DNA of 64,000 nt from Protoeuglena noctilucae (lineage: Eukaryota): assembly GCA_958009085.1 (NCBI GenBank), contig OY253677.1, positions 186,001 through 250,000 on the forward strand, given 5' to 3'. Position numbers and translations under genes: made by a program. Within the stretch, counting starts at the first letter, position 1; every line of letters starts with the position of its first letter. The notes under the pieces are model-generated. The model ran no database searches and was not told the DNA's origin. It worked only from the letters and a program-made list of their open reading frames with translations. Below are positions 39,401 through 52,426 of the stretch, in pieces.

Positions 39401-40059
39401 GAGAAGATGTTGGCCAGCTTGGCCCCGTAGCCATTGCGTCCCCCCGTCACTTTCTTCTCCGCGTCGTCGTAGTTGGACGATGTGAGAAGGTGGCCGAAGA
39501 TGAGCTCCGGCACGTAGACTCCCTCCTCCTGCAGTCTTGACGGGGCACGCAAGCGTGAGCCCGCTGGCCTCCCCGCCCAGGTGGGCGCGAGTCTGCACGG
39601 CTGCCCTCGCCTTGTGGACCTCCACGGGGATCCCGTCGCCGTTGTTGAACACGCGGATCGTGTTGGTCTCGGCGTCGATGTCAACGCGCACTGTGTCCAT
39701 CGTGGCGTCGCGCACCTGCGAGCAGGGGCCCACCAGCGTCCCGCCGTGCGCATGGGACGCAGCGGCGGTAACTTCCCGGCGGCGGAACCGACCTTGTTGT
39801 CCGCGGCATTCACGAGGATCTCGTCAAAGATCTTGTACAGCGCCGGCGTGTAGGTGATGGTGCGGTGCACCAGGCCCCGGGCGCCGTCATGCACCCACAT
39901 CGCCTGCGTCTGCGGCTCTGTGGAGCCGACGTACGTGTCCGGCCTCAGCAGGATGTGCTCCAACTGTGTCTTCTTCTGGTACACCTCCTCGATGGTCTTG
40001 GACCCCTTGCCCCGGGCGGCGGGGACGTTCACGTCCCGACCACCCAAGAGCGACGCCAT
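33480..40059 (-). CDS. TOP2: DNA topoisomerase II (about 21 exons)
   Basis: [102 protein letters not shown]. About 20 introns, four of them GC (39610, 39017, 37692, 35772). Confidence 0.98.
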
Positions 40060-40947
40060 TTTTGCGCCGGCTCTCTGCGCTGGGGGGAGATGGCCTGGTC
40101 CGAATCGCCGAGCAGAGGCGCGGGAGTCAGCATAGCGCACAAGGAGCCCCGACACCGTTCGTGCGCACGCGTAGAGGTACAAAAGCGTGCCATAGGGTTG
40201 AGCATACAGTCAGATGACTGTATCGAGCGAGTACAACGGCCGCGGGTCGGCCGCGCGGCTGGGGAAACCAAACGAAGCTTGTTGTTGACGTTCGCGCCCC
40301 CAGAGCCACGCTGCCCTCGGCGGATGACTCCGGGCCCAGAAACCGAGTCCTACATGTTCAAGAATACTCTGAGGCTCCTGTTCGGCCTCACCGTGAGCTG
40401 GGCTCGTGGCCGCGACTCTCCAGAAGCACTGCGTGCTCAGGGGCGGTCTGAGACAGAGCGCGACAAGTACGTCCGCGGACTTTAGCTATAACACAGGCAC
40501 AGATGCACTTGTGCGCCTGACGTGCGCGCCCCAAAGGGCAGGGAGGGCCGAGACAGCCCTACGTCGACGACCGGGTGCTCGTTGCGGTTACGACAGCTGT
40601 GCGTGGAAAACAAGCAGTACTTGGGGCCATCCAGAACACCGGCATTCGAGCCCCGTGCGCCGCTCTGGCAGAAGGGACTGGCACGCCAGTTCCGTTCGTA
40701 TCTCGAGCCATCGACGGCTCCGGCGCACAAAGAAGAAGTCGATCGCGAGCTCTTCTGCGCTGTGTGTGGCAGTGGGCCGCGAGTTTCGATCTTTTCGAGG
40801 CGACTCGTCCATCCAGGCGGAAAAGGCCTGCCCCATGGTGGCCTGTTGCTGTTACTGAGAGACATTCGTTGTGTCGGCGCGCGATACGCACGGCAGGCCC
40901 GCCCACCTGTCCCACCTGTCCCATCAGGCGGTGCTTCGACGGCGTGA

Positions 40948-43466
40948 ATGGCGCAAGTGGGCGTAAGCGAGACCTTCGATCTCACGGAGGACGTCCGCAG
41001 CGATGCGGGCAGCTTCAGCGACCTGCTACTCCCCCAGCAGATGCTGGAAGGACTGGGTGCGTGCTCTCCTGGCAGGATCGCGCTTCCAGCGCAATCGCAA
41101 CCGAATCCAGCGCGTTGCTGCTGCTCATCACGGCGCGCTGGATCTCCGTTCTGCCCCTCGCAGCTGCCGCGGGGTTCGTGAAGCCGTCGCCTGTCCAAGC
41201 TGCAGCGATCCCCCTCGGGCTCGTCGGCTGCGACCTGATCGTGCAGGCCAAGTCGGGCACTGGGAAAACGGTGTGCTTCGGCACCATCTCGCTCCTCCGG
41301 GTGCACCCCGGCGTCGCGCAGCCGCAGGTGGTGGTGGTCACGCCGACCCGTGAGATTGCCAGCCAGGTCGCCGACGTCATCCGGAGCATCGCGACGGGTT
41401 ACCCGAACGTGCGCGTCGGATGCTTCATCGGTGGGCAGGTGCGCCCCGCACCGGCAGCAGAGCACCATGCACTGCGCCGCTCTGTCCCCAACGGATGGCC
41501 GCACCCCTCCGCTGCAGTCCTTGGGGGAGGATGAGAAGACCCTCGCGGCCCCCGGAGGATGCCACGTCGCGGTGGGCACACCGGGGCGACTCCGCTCTCT
41601 CCTCGAGGCGGGGACGCTCGCGTCCCTGAAGGTTCGCGCTGCCGCCCGGGGCCCTCCGCCGTTTCTCTGTGGAGGCCGCAACAACGACGGATGCCGCCTG
41701 CCTGCCGCAGGTCCGCACGCTTGTGCTCGACGAGGCGGACAAGCTCCTCTCCGACAGCTTCCTGGAGGACGTCATTGCCATCTACGACGCCCTGCCCGAG
41801 CGCAAGCAGGTCCTGGCATTCAGCGCGACGTTCGAGGAGTCGCTGCTAGAGGACTGCGCGGCCCTCATGCAGCAGCCCAAGCGCATCCTGCTCTGCCAGG
41901 ACACGGTCTCCCTGCGGGGCATCCGGCAGTACTTTGCGGTCGTGGACCCCCCGGGACCCGACCGTCGCACCCGCGCGGGCGAGGGCCTCCTCCGCGCCAA
42001 GGCATCGCGACTCCTGGCCCTCCTGTCCGCCACGGCCTTTTACCAGGCCGTCGTCTTCTGCAACGCCCCGTCGTCCGCCGAATGGCTCACCGCGTGGCTC
42101 ACCGACCGAGGCTTCCCCGCCGCCTTCATCTCCGGCGCCCAGACCCAGGCGGACCGCACCGGCATTCTGCAGGCGGTGCGGTCTCTGCACGTGCGGTAAG
42201 GCGCGGCATGCCCCGTTAGCACGCCAGTGTCTGGTCACGCGACACGGGGTCACGAGTGCGGGCTCGCACCTGCAGAGTGCTTGTCTCGACGGACCTGACC
42301 GCCCGGGGCGTGGACCTCTCGGCCGTCAACCTCATCGTCAGCTTGGACGTCCCCGCCGACTCGGCCACGTACATGCACCGCGTGGGACGCACGGGGCGGT
42401 TCGGCAGCAAGGTGCGAAGGGGTCCGGCTGGCCGCCTCGGGTCTCAGCGGAAGCCCAGTAGGCTTCGGACCGTTGTCGTTTGGGTATCTCTTGGGGCGTG
42501 GTCCCGATCCGCGTGGACCAGCGTGCCACGTCACCCCGTGCCGCGTCGGTGCAGGGCGTGGCCGTGTCCCTCATCACGCCGGCCGAGCTCGGGCGCCTGG
42601 AGGTCTACGTGAGGGATGTGAAGGGCGGGGAGCTGCTGCCGCTGCCGGACGCCATCCCGGCGGACTTCTTGACGAGCCGGGGCAGGGACGGCGACCCGCC
42701 GCCCTGGGAACGCGGCAGGGGCGCTCTCGGGGGCGGGCCTGGGGCAGCGGGCGGACGAGGCGCCCGGGCGGCACATGCGACGGCAGCGAAAGTCGAGCCA
42801 GTTGCTGCTAAAAGAGCCGGTTGCCACGCGGGGGGTGAGGACGCGGGTGTGGGCCGCCACCGCTTCGGGCCGTCGGAGTCACGGGACTGCCAGGAGCCAT
42901 TGGTGACGAGCGCGTCCAACAAAACGGAAGAGCGTCACGCCCCCCGGGAGCTGCGGCGCGGCAACTCGCTGATCGGCGACCGGGAGGTGCGGCAGGGGAG
43001 CGTCATGGAACGGCTGGTGCAGCGCCTGCGAGAGATCCAGGCGGACAGCGAGGAGCGGGACGACAGCGCGGGGGCGGAAGAGAGGCGGGTTGGCGGGGGC
43101 TTGCAGAGGGGCAAGCAGGGGCGGGCGCAGGGGCACGGGCGTGGAGATGGGGCAGCTAGGCCTAGCAAGGACCAGTCGCCTCGGCAGGGTGGCAACGAGG
43201 GCGCGATGGGCGGGATAGGTGCGATGGGTCCGATGGGCGCGTGGCCGTCTGCTGCGTCGTTTGGCGGATGGTGGGGGGACTGGAAAGCGGGGGCCGTGGG
43301 CTTGCCTGCGGAGGGGGCCTTTCCGGGCGGAATGACCCCTGCATGGGGCCCGTGGGCCGCCATGATGGCCACCTGGGAGTGGGAGTGGTGGCGCTGGCGC
43401 CATGAGTGGTACAAGTGGGCCATGGCGCAGGGGCAGGCGCGGCCCAGGCGCCCGCTGGACGCGTGA
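40948..43466 (+). CDS. DDX20: DEAD-box RNA helicase DDX20/Gemin3-like
   Basis: [63 protein letters not shown]. Five GT-AG introns. Confidence 0.85.
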
Positions 43467-44195
43467 CGGCCACGGCAATGTGCGGCGTCACTCTTTCCTC
43501 GTTAATGGTTTCATTCATTCTCGGCACGTGCGTGTTCCCAGGCCCGGTATCTTCCCAAGGTATCCGTGTGGGCGTAGTGCTTTGTAGGCTGTCGCAGCGT
43601 GAAGTCGGCAAGCGCGCTTAGACAATCCTGTTGGGTTGAAGACTGACATGGCGCATTAGGTTACCTCGCTGCCACGGCGAGCACATGTGTTTGGGCTGTC
43701 GGCGATGAGCCCGCCGTGGCTCTGGCACTTTGACTGGAAGGCATTGAAAGACGCCAGTTCCCAATCCCTTACGCGACTGTCCACATGCATTTGAGCGCAA
43801 GAGGGGACAAGTGAGACGCTAACGCCGAATTGTGCACCTGCCTGTGGGGAGAAGGAGCGGCGCCATCGGAGGGCGCACCGCAAGGTCAGTTTGGGAACGC
43901 TTGCGTGACGTATAGCTAAATCCGACTGCGGCGACCGGCGGGGACGCGTCGTCCTGCGCTCCAGGCCTCCGAGCAGCGTGCACGACATGCACCTTGAGCA
44001 TAGCCGCCGGGCGGCGACAGGGGCCAAAGAATCGGCGTTCCAGCACTCTCATCGCTTTTTTTGATAGAGTTTCTTTGCCGTGTGGACACTCCGCGCTGCG
44101 CTGGGAGCCCAGAGGCTGACATTCTGAGGCCTGCTTTTCGCAGGCTACAAGCGCGCGCCCTCGGACGCCCAGGGCGGACGCCCGGGCCCGCGACG

Positions 44196-45570
44196 ATGGG
44201 CGTCGCAAAACAGGGCTCGAATGCGACGGTCGCAGCGGCTCAGGCCAAGCAAGTGGTGATCGACGGGACGGTTTTGCTTCCCCACGACCGCGACAAGCGG
44301 CCGCTGAACGAGGAGACCACGGCCAACCGCGGTCATCTTTTGTTGGGGAGGTGAGGATGTATAGTTCGCGAGTTGGACCCGAAACGCGCGCCGCGCGGCA
44401 GGCTGGTGACTCCACCGCCCTTCCATGTGGCACAGGGCGGGGCAAAAGGCCGCCCAGCCGCCCGTGACCCCCCCGCGTGTCATGGGGACCCGCGTGGCGC
44501 CCGTACTCGAGGACATTGACTTGAGGCCCCCGGGGCCCCCGCTCCAGCCGGCGGAGGAGGCTGGGACGAGCGCTGCGGGAGGGGGCCGTGCTCTTCCGCC
44601 GCGGGCGCGGGACCACTCCGCGCGGTTCCGCCGCACTCGCACGCTCAACAGCATCGCGCTGCCGAGGACCAAGTGAGCGAATCATTCGCATCATCTTGGT
44701 GACGCTGACCATGGCATGTTGTGGCTTCAACATGATCCCTGCGTGCCCCTGCTCCTCCTCAGGGCTGAAGATGGGGAGGATGACAGTGCAAGGGCGGGGC
44801 GAGGGCCGTGGAACCCCGAGGCGGCGTCCCTGGTGGCAGAAGGCAAGTCCTACGAGTCCATCCTCAGTCTGCGGTTGCAGCAACAGTGCGGGTTGGATGG
44901 GCAGGACTGGGTCTCGGTCGACATCCATCAAGGGTGAGCCGTTGCCGACGGGTGCCAGGTCCAGCCATGCATATGCGTCCATCTGCTGGTGCAATGACCG
45001 AAACGTGCCATGCGCACGCAGGAACGGAGCCCCGCCGGTTCGGACGCCTGCGGCAGTGCAGATGCCCCTCGACGGCGGTGCCCTCCACGCCCATCTCCCC
45101 TCGTTGCCCGAGGACGCCAGCCCAGGCCCCGACGACCTCGGAGAGAGTGGGGAGCTTAGTGGGGACCTCACTGCCGCGCTGCGGACTTGGCAAGGGTCCG
45201 CGTCGCCTGGCGCAGTCGCCCCCGCCCGGAGAGCCTTCTCTCACATGGAGGGTATGCTCAGGTATGGGCTTGATGTCCTCCCGTCGACAAGCCCCGACAG
45301 TACAGCATGGCATTCCAGCCGCCTCATCGTATCTCATCGAGCACAGTTTTGCGGATGCCCATATGCGCCCTCTGTGCTTCCTCTTTGCCTCACCTCCTGT
45401 CTCGCCGCAGGCCCTTTTCGACGGGTGGGCAGCCCCGCGCTTCCGCAGGGTCAGCGGGTCAGCTGGACTTGACGCCGGCAGGTCTCTACGATGCGGTCGT
45501 CACCCAGCTGACCACTTACAGCCGGGAGACGCTCACGAGCTCCGAGTCGGGCATTAGCGCGGCGCACTAG
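44196..45570 (+). CDS. Hypothetical protein (5 exons)
   Basis: A chain of in-phase exons joined by GTGAG/GTATG..CAG introns. No recognisable domain. Confidence 0.4.
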
Positions 45571-46272
45571 CGACTGGGGGTACCCTTGACAGAAACATCT
45601 CGGTTTACGCTTGACGAACGAGCCTGCTCGCGCTGAACATGAAATAGTGAATGGCCACAGCTCCGCACGCGACAGGCCGCGGGCGCGTGCATTTCAAAGA
45701 ATTGGTGTAGGCGCGGGTGAGGCTTCCTGCAGAATTTCGGCACCGCGTGAATACGTGAGGTGTTGGTGCGGGGTTCAGCTGGCGCGCGGATGACGGCGGC
45801 TAGCCGCGCCGTGCCTGGCCCTTGCGCAAACCGAACGAGGCTCCCCGCTTCCAGCCCCATGGCCGAAGCGGTGGCCTGTGCTGCCGGTGCACTGCTGCTC
45901 GTCCTGGTTTTCGCAGGAGCATGGGCCAGACCGCGAGCACCGCTGCTGCGGAAGCGGAGGACGGCCTTCCTCTCCCGCAAGCGGCGACGCGACCCGAATC
46001 GGAGAACAGGGCTGGCGTTTCTCCACATCCGACGCTCGCCATCGATCAAGCGGATTCTTTGGCTGAGCTCAGTGCCCTCGAGGTGCTCGCTGCGGGCCCC
46101 GCGACGGCACACGACGTGACCGGCGTGGACGCAGGGCGTCGGGCATCCCGCGAAGGGCGCACCGATCGCGCGAGCAGCGAACGACATGCGGCGACTAGCA
46201 TAAGGTGAGGCGCTCGGAGCCCAGACCGTCCGGCGCGCCGCGCCTGACACCAGCGGGGCAGCACGCCTCCAG

Positions 46273-49200
46273 GTGTTGCTCACCAGCCCTGCACTCCCTG
46301 GCCCCAGCGAGAGCCAGGACGGCGTGGCGGCGCAGACAGCAGAGCAGCACTCTGTGCTCGGATCTTCGCCAGGAGGCCATGCCCGAGCGGCCGAGCGGAG
46401 GGGGCCTTCCCGCCGTGGGGCCAAGGGCCGGCCTCAAGCGGACGCTAGCCCTGGCTCGCCCGGGGCAGCGTGCGTCGTCGCCGCGGGGCCCGAGCGCGGC
46501 CTGAGGGACGAGGACATCGATCGCCTTCTGGCGGAGGCGCAGCGCCTCGGGACGCAGGCGCTCCGGGAGAGCACGCGCGTGGACCGGGTGCTGGCGGGGC
46601 TGCCGGCAGACGGGGACGAGGCGCTGGACACGGCGCGGCTGACGGACACCATCCTGGGACGGTACGCGCTCGGGGGGGCGGGGGAAGGCGCGGGGGTGGG
46701 GCCGGGGCCGGGGCAGGGCAGCCGCGGCCAGCCGGGCAAGGCCCCAGGGAAGGACGGGGGTGCCGACAAGGGGGCCCCGCGGCGGGGCGCGGCGCGGGCG
46801 GGGCCGCGGCGGTCGACGTCCGCGGCGGTGTCGCCGTCGCCGGGGGCGCGGGGATCCTGGGCTGGGATGCGGGCCGCGGTGGGGCGGGAGGTGTCGCGGT
46901 CGACGGGGCGGGGGGTGGGGCCGCCCGGAGGGGACCGCGTCGCTGCGCGGGGCGCGGGCGGCACGCTGTCCGCCTCCCCGCCCCCGGGGGCGCTGGGCGG
47001 GGCACGGTGGGGTGGGACCCTGGGGCCCCTGAGCGACGGGACGGGCCGCGCGGGACCCCACCGGCCGTGGAGGGTGGCCACGAGCGCCGCCGATCGGAGA
47101 GGTGAGAGCGGCGCGCCGATGCATTTCCGTTACCCGAAGCAGGCGACCGCCGCGCTGGTCGCGCAGTCGCCTGCACCGCCGTGTATGGCCCTCCCTCCCG
47201 CAGCCCAGCCCAGCACGGACGGCCGCCTCCGCCCGAGCCCCTCCCCGCCAGCCTCGCCCCCGCCGGGGCTCCACACTCCGCCCGGGCGCTGGCCCCTCGC
47301 GTCGCCCCAGGACTGGAAGGCCCGCGCGCGCAGGCGCAGTCCCGGCCCGGACCGGGGCGCCACCCTTGCCAGGGGCATGGCTCTCACGGCGGCCGCGGCG
47401 CCAGGCACGCCCCCTCGCGCCACGTGGCCTGACGCGGCCTCCCCCACCTCCCCCGCGCCCACGGACGCCCCCCTCGCCCCCCTTGCTGCCCCCTCTGCGC
47501 CCCGGTCCCCTGGGCGCGGCACGGCCCCCAGCCCCAGCCCGCCCCCCGCGCGGCGCTCGGGGTCGGACAGCGCATCGGGCTCTGGCGCGGGCCCTCCGCC
47601 GCGCGGCGCGCTGGCCTGGGCCGACGCCGTCTTGGGGACCCCTCCGCACGGTGAGGCTACGGCTCAGCACCCCCCCTTCAACTGCGTTCCTTGTTGGATG
47701 GGACTTGGCGCATTGTTTTGGTACAGTCCCGACAGGAACTTTTGCGCATCTTAACGCATCCTCTGCCCCATCTGCGCAGGCGGCCGCCACCCCGGGGGCT
47801 ACGCCCGTCACGTGCGCCCCCCCGGGACCAAGGCCGCGTCTCAGAGCACCACGTCGTCGGCGTCGACGGAGCCGGTGGCCAACGGCGCCGCCGCCGTGGC
47901 CCAACCCCCCGCGCGCAGCGACCGCACCCCTGCCACGCCCACCCCGCCACTGCCATCCCCTGGCATGCGCTGGGCGCACCGGGCGTGCGCCCGCGCCCCA
48001 TCCAAGGCCGCCGCGGGGGACTCCCGCCCCGCGCCTCCCTCTGCGCCCCACCGCCCCCTGCCTGCGAACCCGTCCTTGAGCATGGCAGCAAGGCCACAAG
48101 GCCCCCCCTCCAGCACCGGCAGCCGCGGCCGCTCGCGCCCGGCGCCCCGGGGCTCGTGGGACAGCCGCGTGGGTCCCCCGGGGGACGCCGAGGCGCGGGC
48201 GGCCACGGCGCGGCGCCTGGCGGCCGTGCGTGCTGCCTACTCGGGGGGACCCCCGGGGGTGGCGCGGACGCGGTCGCGGTCGGCGTCGCGGGCGAGGACG
48301 CCGGATCCATGGGGCGGGGCGGGGCGGGGGGCGAGGGAGGGGCGGGGTGGCCAGGGCGGTCGGGCGCAGTGGGGCCCCCCGAGCCCCGAGGCCATCGCGC
48401 ATCTGCGGGAAGAGCTGACGCGGGTGCTGGGGCGGGGGCCGGAGGGGGGGCAGCCGGCGGCGCACGGACACCCGGGGGGCGCGGCTGTGCAGGATCGGCG
48501 TCGCCTGGCCGAGCCGGCAGCTGGGAACGACGGCGCAGGTGAGGGTGTGCTGGCATGGAGGGTGACGAGGCACGGTTGGACAGGCGTGGTCGTTGCCCGC
48601 TGGGATGTGGCCACAGCGACCCTGCCCGTCCCTTCGTCCCCCGCAGAGGGCGATGCGATGTTTGCACGGCTGCTGGACGACGCAAGGGGAGAGCCCGACC
48701 TGCTGTCATCGGTGCCTCCGCTGGTCGACTTGGAGCGCATGGCAGCGCCCATGCAGTTCGACGACGGGGGAGAGGACGAGGCGAAGGCGGAGAGGCAGGC
48801 CGGGGTGCGGGCCCGGGTGGGGGAGGGGACGGGGACTGCGCAAGGTGTGGCGGGCACCCGGGGCACGCCCTTTGGTGGGAGGAGCCGGGGAGGGCTGCGG
48901 TCGGCGGTGCGCGGATACGCGTCGGGGGCGGGGGCGGTGGAGGGAGCCAGGGCCGGGGCGCGCGGGGCCGAGGGAGGCACGGCTGCCACAACGCCAGTCA
49001 TGGCGGGGCCCGAGGGGGCCGCGGCGGGTGCGGGGGCGGGCGGAGGGCCAAAGTGGACGCCGGGGGTGGGCGAGGGGAAGCGGAGGAAGGACGGGGCACC
49101 AGCTGCGGGCGATGGGGGAGGCGAGGGGGGCCGGGGGAGGGACGGGGCGGCAGCTGTGGGGTTGGGAGGGGCGGGGAGGGACGAGGCCCGCCGAAGCGCG

Positions 49201-49377
49201 GCGGCCACGGCGCTGGCGTCCGCGTACCCCTTCAAGCGCCTGGCGCCCGTGGCGGCGCCGCGCCCGGCGTCGGTGCGCCGCGAGCGGGTGGCAGAGAGGC
49301 ACGCGCAGGAGACGAGGGAGCTGGAGCTCTTCTTGGAGATGGAGCGGGCCACGGGAGCCGGGGCGGGGGCGGGGTAG
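46273..49377 (+). CDS. Hypothetical low-complexity Pro/Ala/Gly-rich protein
   Basis: Two long ORFs are joined in frame by intron ~47651-47779. Helical patches EDIDRLLAEAQRLG and ERHAQETRELELFLEMERA. The start is uncertain. Confidence 0.5.
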
Positions 49378-50865
49378 GCGATGAGTTCGCACAGCGCCTG
49401 CCGATTTGGATTGCGTCGCTAGGTAGTCGTGAGCAATGCTTGGTTCAATGGTTGCGCCGCGGCTCGCGATGGGCAACTGCCAACGACAACGGGTATTGCA
49501 AGCTAGGAGCCCCCCTCGTTGGCCAACGTGGCGTGGGTTACTTGTTGACGCCTTGCGACTGACGGGATGGTGGGACGGTGGGAGTCATGCGAAAGCAGCG
49601 CCGGCGTGCAGGCGACCCTTGCAGCACGCAAACGGCTGCATGGTGGTGTTCGGCGCGGAATGCCATGGCAGGGCCCCAGGAGGGGTGAGAAAGCCCACAC
49701 GTGCTGCGTTCTAGTCTGGATGGGCTGAGCAGCGTGTGGGGGGGGGGGCGGGTATCTGGTGCTGCTCTCAGACGGAGTGCATGTCTGATCTGAGCTGGGT
49801 GGAGGAGCAAGGTCTGCGGAAGAGCGCTGTCGTTTTACGGCGCGATCGGACGGCCAGGCTGTCGCAAGGTGGGTGCAGGTGGCAGGTCCTAGCGGTGAGA
49901 AGGTCTACTAAGGTGGGGGCAAATGCAGGGCAGGAAGCACGCTGAGTCTCAGGGGTCCTCCAGTGAAGGGGCCGCGCCCGGCTCAAGGGAATTGACGCAG
50001 CGTGAAGGCTGCGATCGGAGGGAAGCAGCCCCCAGGAACCCCGGGAAAGGGAGGGGCGAGATCGGTCGACGCAGGAATCGATCCGGAGGGAGGGTGAGCT
50101 ATTGGGGCTTTGCTAGCGCTGCACCCTCCGGCGAGCTGACTAGAAGGACTAGACAAGCGGGGAGCAGCAGCTGAGGCAGGGGGACACCTCACTCCTGGTC
50201 CCAGGCAATGCAGGGACTGGGAAACGTCACAACGTCATATCGCGCACAAGCACATGCGGACTCCCAAAGCGAATGGGAGACCGCGACTAGCGGGTGGCAT
50301 GTCCCGCGGGACGGTACAGGTCTCTCAGCACAGCCAACGGCCGTGCATGGGAGCGCAGGCCACAGTCGACCCTTGCACAGGATGGTGCAGGCAGGTCGAC
50401 ATGTGGGGATGGGAACAGAGCATGCAGGGGTTGGGAGGGGTGGCAGGTGAAAGGGACCTCGTGCCGCAGGACTGTACTCCGCGTCCAGTGGAAAGGTCAC
50501 GACAGGCAACTAGCACCAAGCGCTGTGCCAATTACAGCGCTCGTCCGCCGAGAGGAGCAGCAAGGACCCCGGCGCGCATGTGAAAAGGACGGCGTGGCCG
50601 CAGCTCAGTACGCGGCGACAGGCATTCTATCGTGGCGTTGCAAAAACGGGGGCGGAGGAACGAACGGGAGGGGAAACGGAGGAGGAGGCGGGCCCATGTG
50701 GGTTTGCGGAGAGATGGGAGGGCTTGGTAATGAGTGGGGGGCGGGGAAGAGAAAGGAGGAGCCAAAAAGGGCAGCCCCGGTGGAATCGGTGCGGGTTGGA
50801 ATGGAGCGGATGTGGGTTGCCGGATGGGGGGGCGCGTGGGGTGGTGGAGAGGGTCCACGGGCCGC

Positions 50866-52426
50866 TCAGATCATTTGCCTGCGGCTCCGCACGAAGCGCG
50901 TCTTGACAATGGCCTGGCCCGAGGGCTGGTAAAAGTGCGTCATGAGGTACGCCCGGGCCTGCGCCTGGAGCTGGAGGCCCGGCCAGTGGCGCTGCGTGCG
51001 GGCGCCCAGGTCCACGATGACCCTGCCGGGCATGTAGGCTGCGGGGAGGGGACGGAGTTTTTGCGTGAACGCAGGCCATGGCACCTGACGGGCGGGGGCC
51101 GCCATGCGCACCGCCCTGTCCTCCCTAGTCACCCGTCGTCCCCTTGCGCGCGCGGGCCAAGACCGTGCTGGGGTCCAGGGGCAGGGCGCGGTTATGGCGC
51201 AGGTCGGCCACGAAGCGCAGGCCGCTGGTGATGAGCTGCCCGTCCGAGAGGGGCTCGGCCATCCACAAGATCATGGCCTGCAGGTTGCCAGGGCGGGTGC
51301 GGGGTCGTGAGCAATCTCGCCATCCCGACATCTACCCGCACGTGCTCCACGTGGCAGAGCGCTTCGCCGACTAGTCCCGCCGCCCTCACCGAGATGACGA
51401 CGTTGCTGGGGCTGAAGAGCCCGATGCCCTGTGCCAGCACGGTCGGATCCAGGATCAGCCGCTCCAGCTCAACAATGTCGGACTTGCGAATGCCGTTGGC
51501 GCTGAGGCCCGACCCCGCCAGGAGCATGCTCATCGTGTGGCGCACGGCGCGCACGCACTGGGGAGTGCTGTCCTGGCAGGCCATGAGGTGGCTGACGCAC
51601 AGCTCTGGCGCCACGTGCATTGCGTTGCCTGCGGACACATGCGGGGAAAGGCTGAGTGAGCTCCCACATCTGCTCGTGCGCTGCAAGCCTTGACAAGGTG
51701 CAGCACTCATCGTCCAGCCCCACGTCACGCACCCGCGTCGTTGCCACTGATTGGTAGCCCCACACCGCCGGCGGGGGGCGTAGGGACGAGCGACGGCGTG
51801 AGGACCGGCTCGGGCAGGTAGCAAGGGCTCGGCTGGATGTCAGCGCCGATGTAGCTGGGCACGCCAGCGAAGAACCCGGGGTCCACAGTGGGGCGGGCCG
51901 GGGTGTGCTCGGCGGAGACCGAGACGGAGGACGCGGCGCGGATGCGGGCCGCGATGTCGCGGCGGGCCTTGGTCCGGACGGCCGCGGCACGGGCGGAATC
52001 CTGGCTGCTGCCGTGGCGGTCGGGCGTACCCTCGGCAACCCCACCGTCGACGACAGGGAGCGGGGAGACGGGCCAGGGGAACGGGCTGTTCAGGTTCACG
52101 CCCAGGGCGTGCATCTGGGACCCGTAGGCGAGCGTGGTGTCGCGGGGCCCGCCGTAGAGTTTCTCGGAGGGCATCGGCTCCTCGCCCGTGACGTCCTTGG
52201 GCGGGTACAAGTCGAAGAGTGGGTTCGAGGCCGCCTCCAGGGCGTCGCAGCCTCCATCAGCGAAGAAGCTGTTCCTGGTCAAGAAGGCGTCGTCCGGGAA
52301 CTGCGAAGGGCGCAGCAGATACTTTCCCTCCAAGGTGAGAAGCAGCGCGCGGGCGCCCGCCCGGCCCGCTGGAAGGGCGACGCTGGCGGGAATCACCATA
52401 TGTCCCAGGTCTGACGTGTCCTCCAT
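50866..52426 (-). CDS. Hypothetical protein (multi-exon; may extend 5' to ~53188)
   Basis: Strongly coding-like exons (LLTLEGKYLLRPSQFPDDAFL; DIVELERLILDP; LQAMILWMAEPL; YLMTHFYQPSG). Stop is TGA at 50866. Confidence 0.55.

Noticed and set aside
24321..39610. GC-AG introns as copies of an introner transposon family
   Set aside because: Beyond the first ~6-9 nt the GC introns share no visible sequence similarity, terminal inverted repeats or uniform length.
46195..48573. 792-aa minus-strand ORF and many other long Arg/Pro/Gly-rich ORFs in the track
   Set aside because: These are shadow ORFs expected at very high GC. They lie antisense or off-frame to better-supported genes and have no domains.
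49400..50850. G-rich intergenic stretch (G run near 49738) as an ncRNA or mobile element
   Set aside because: No tRNA/snRNA fold, terminal repeats or transposase motifs were seen.
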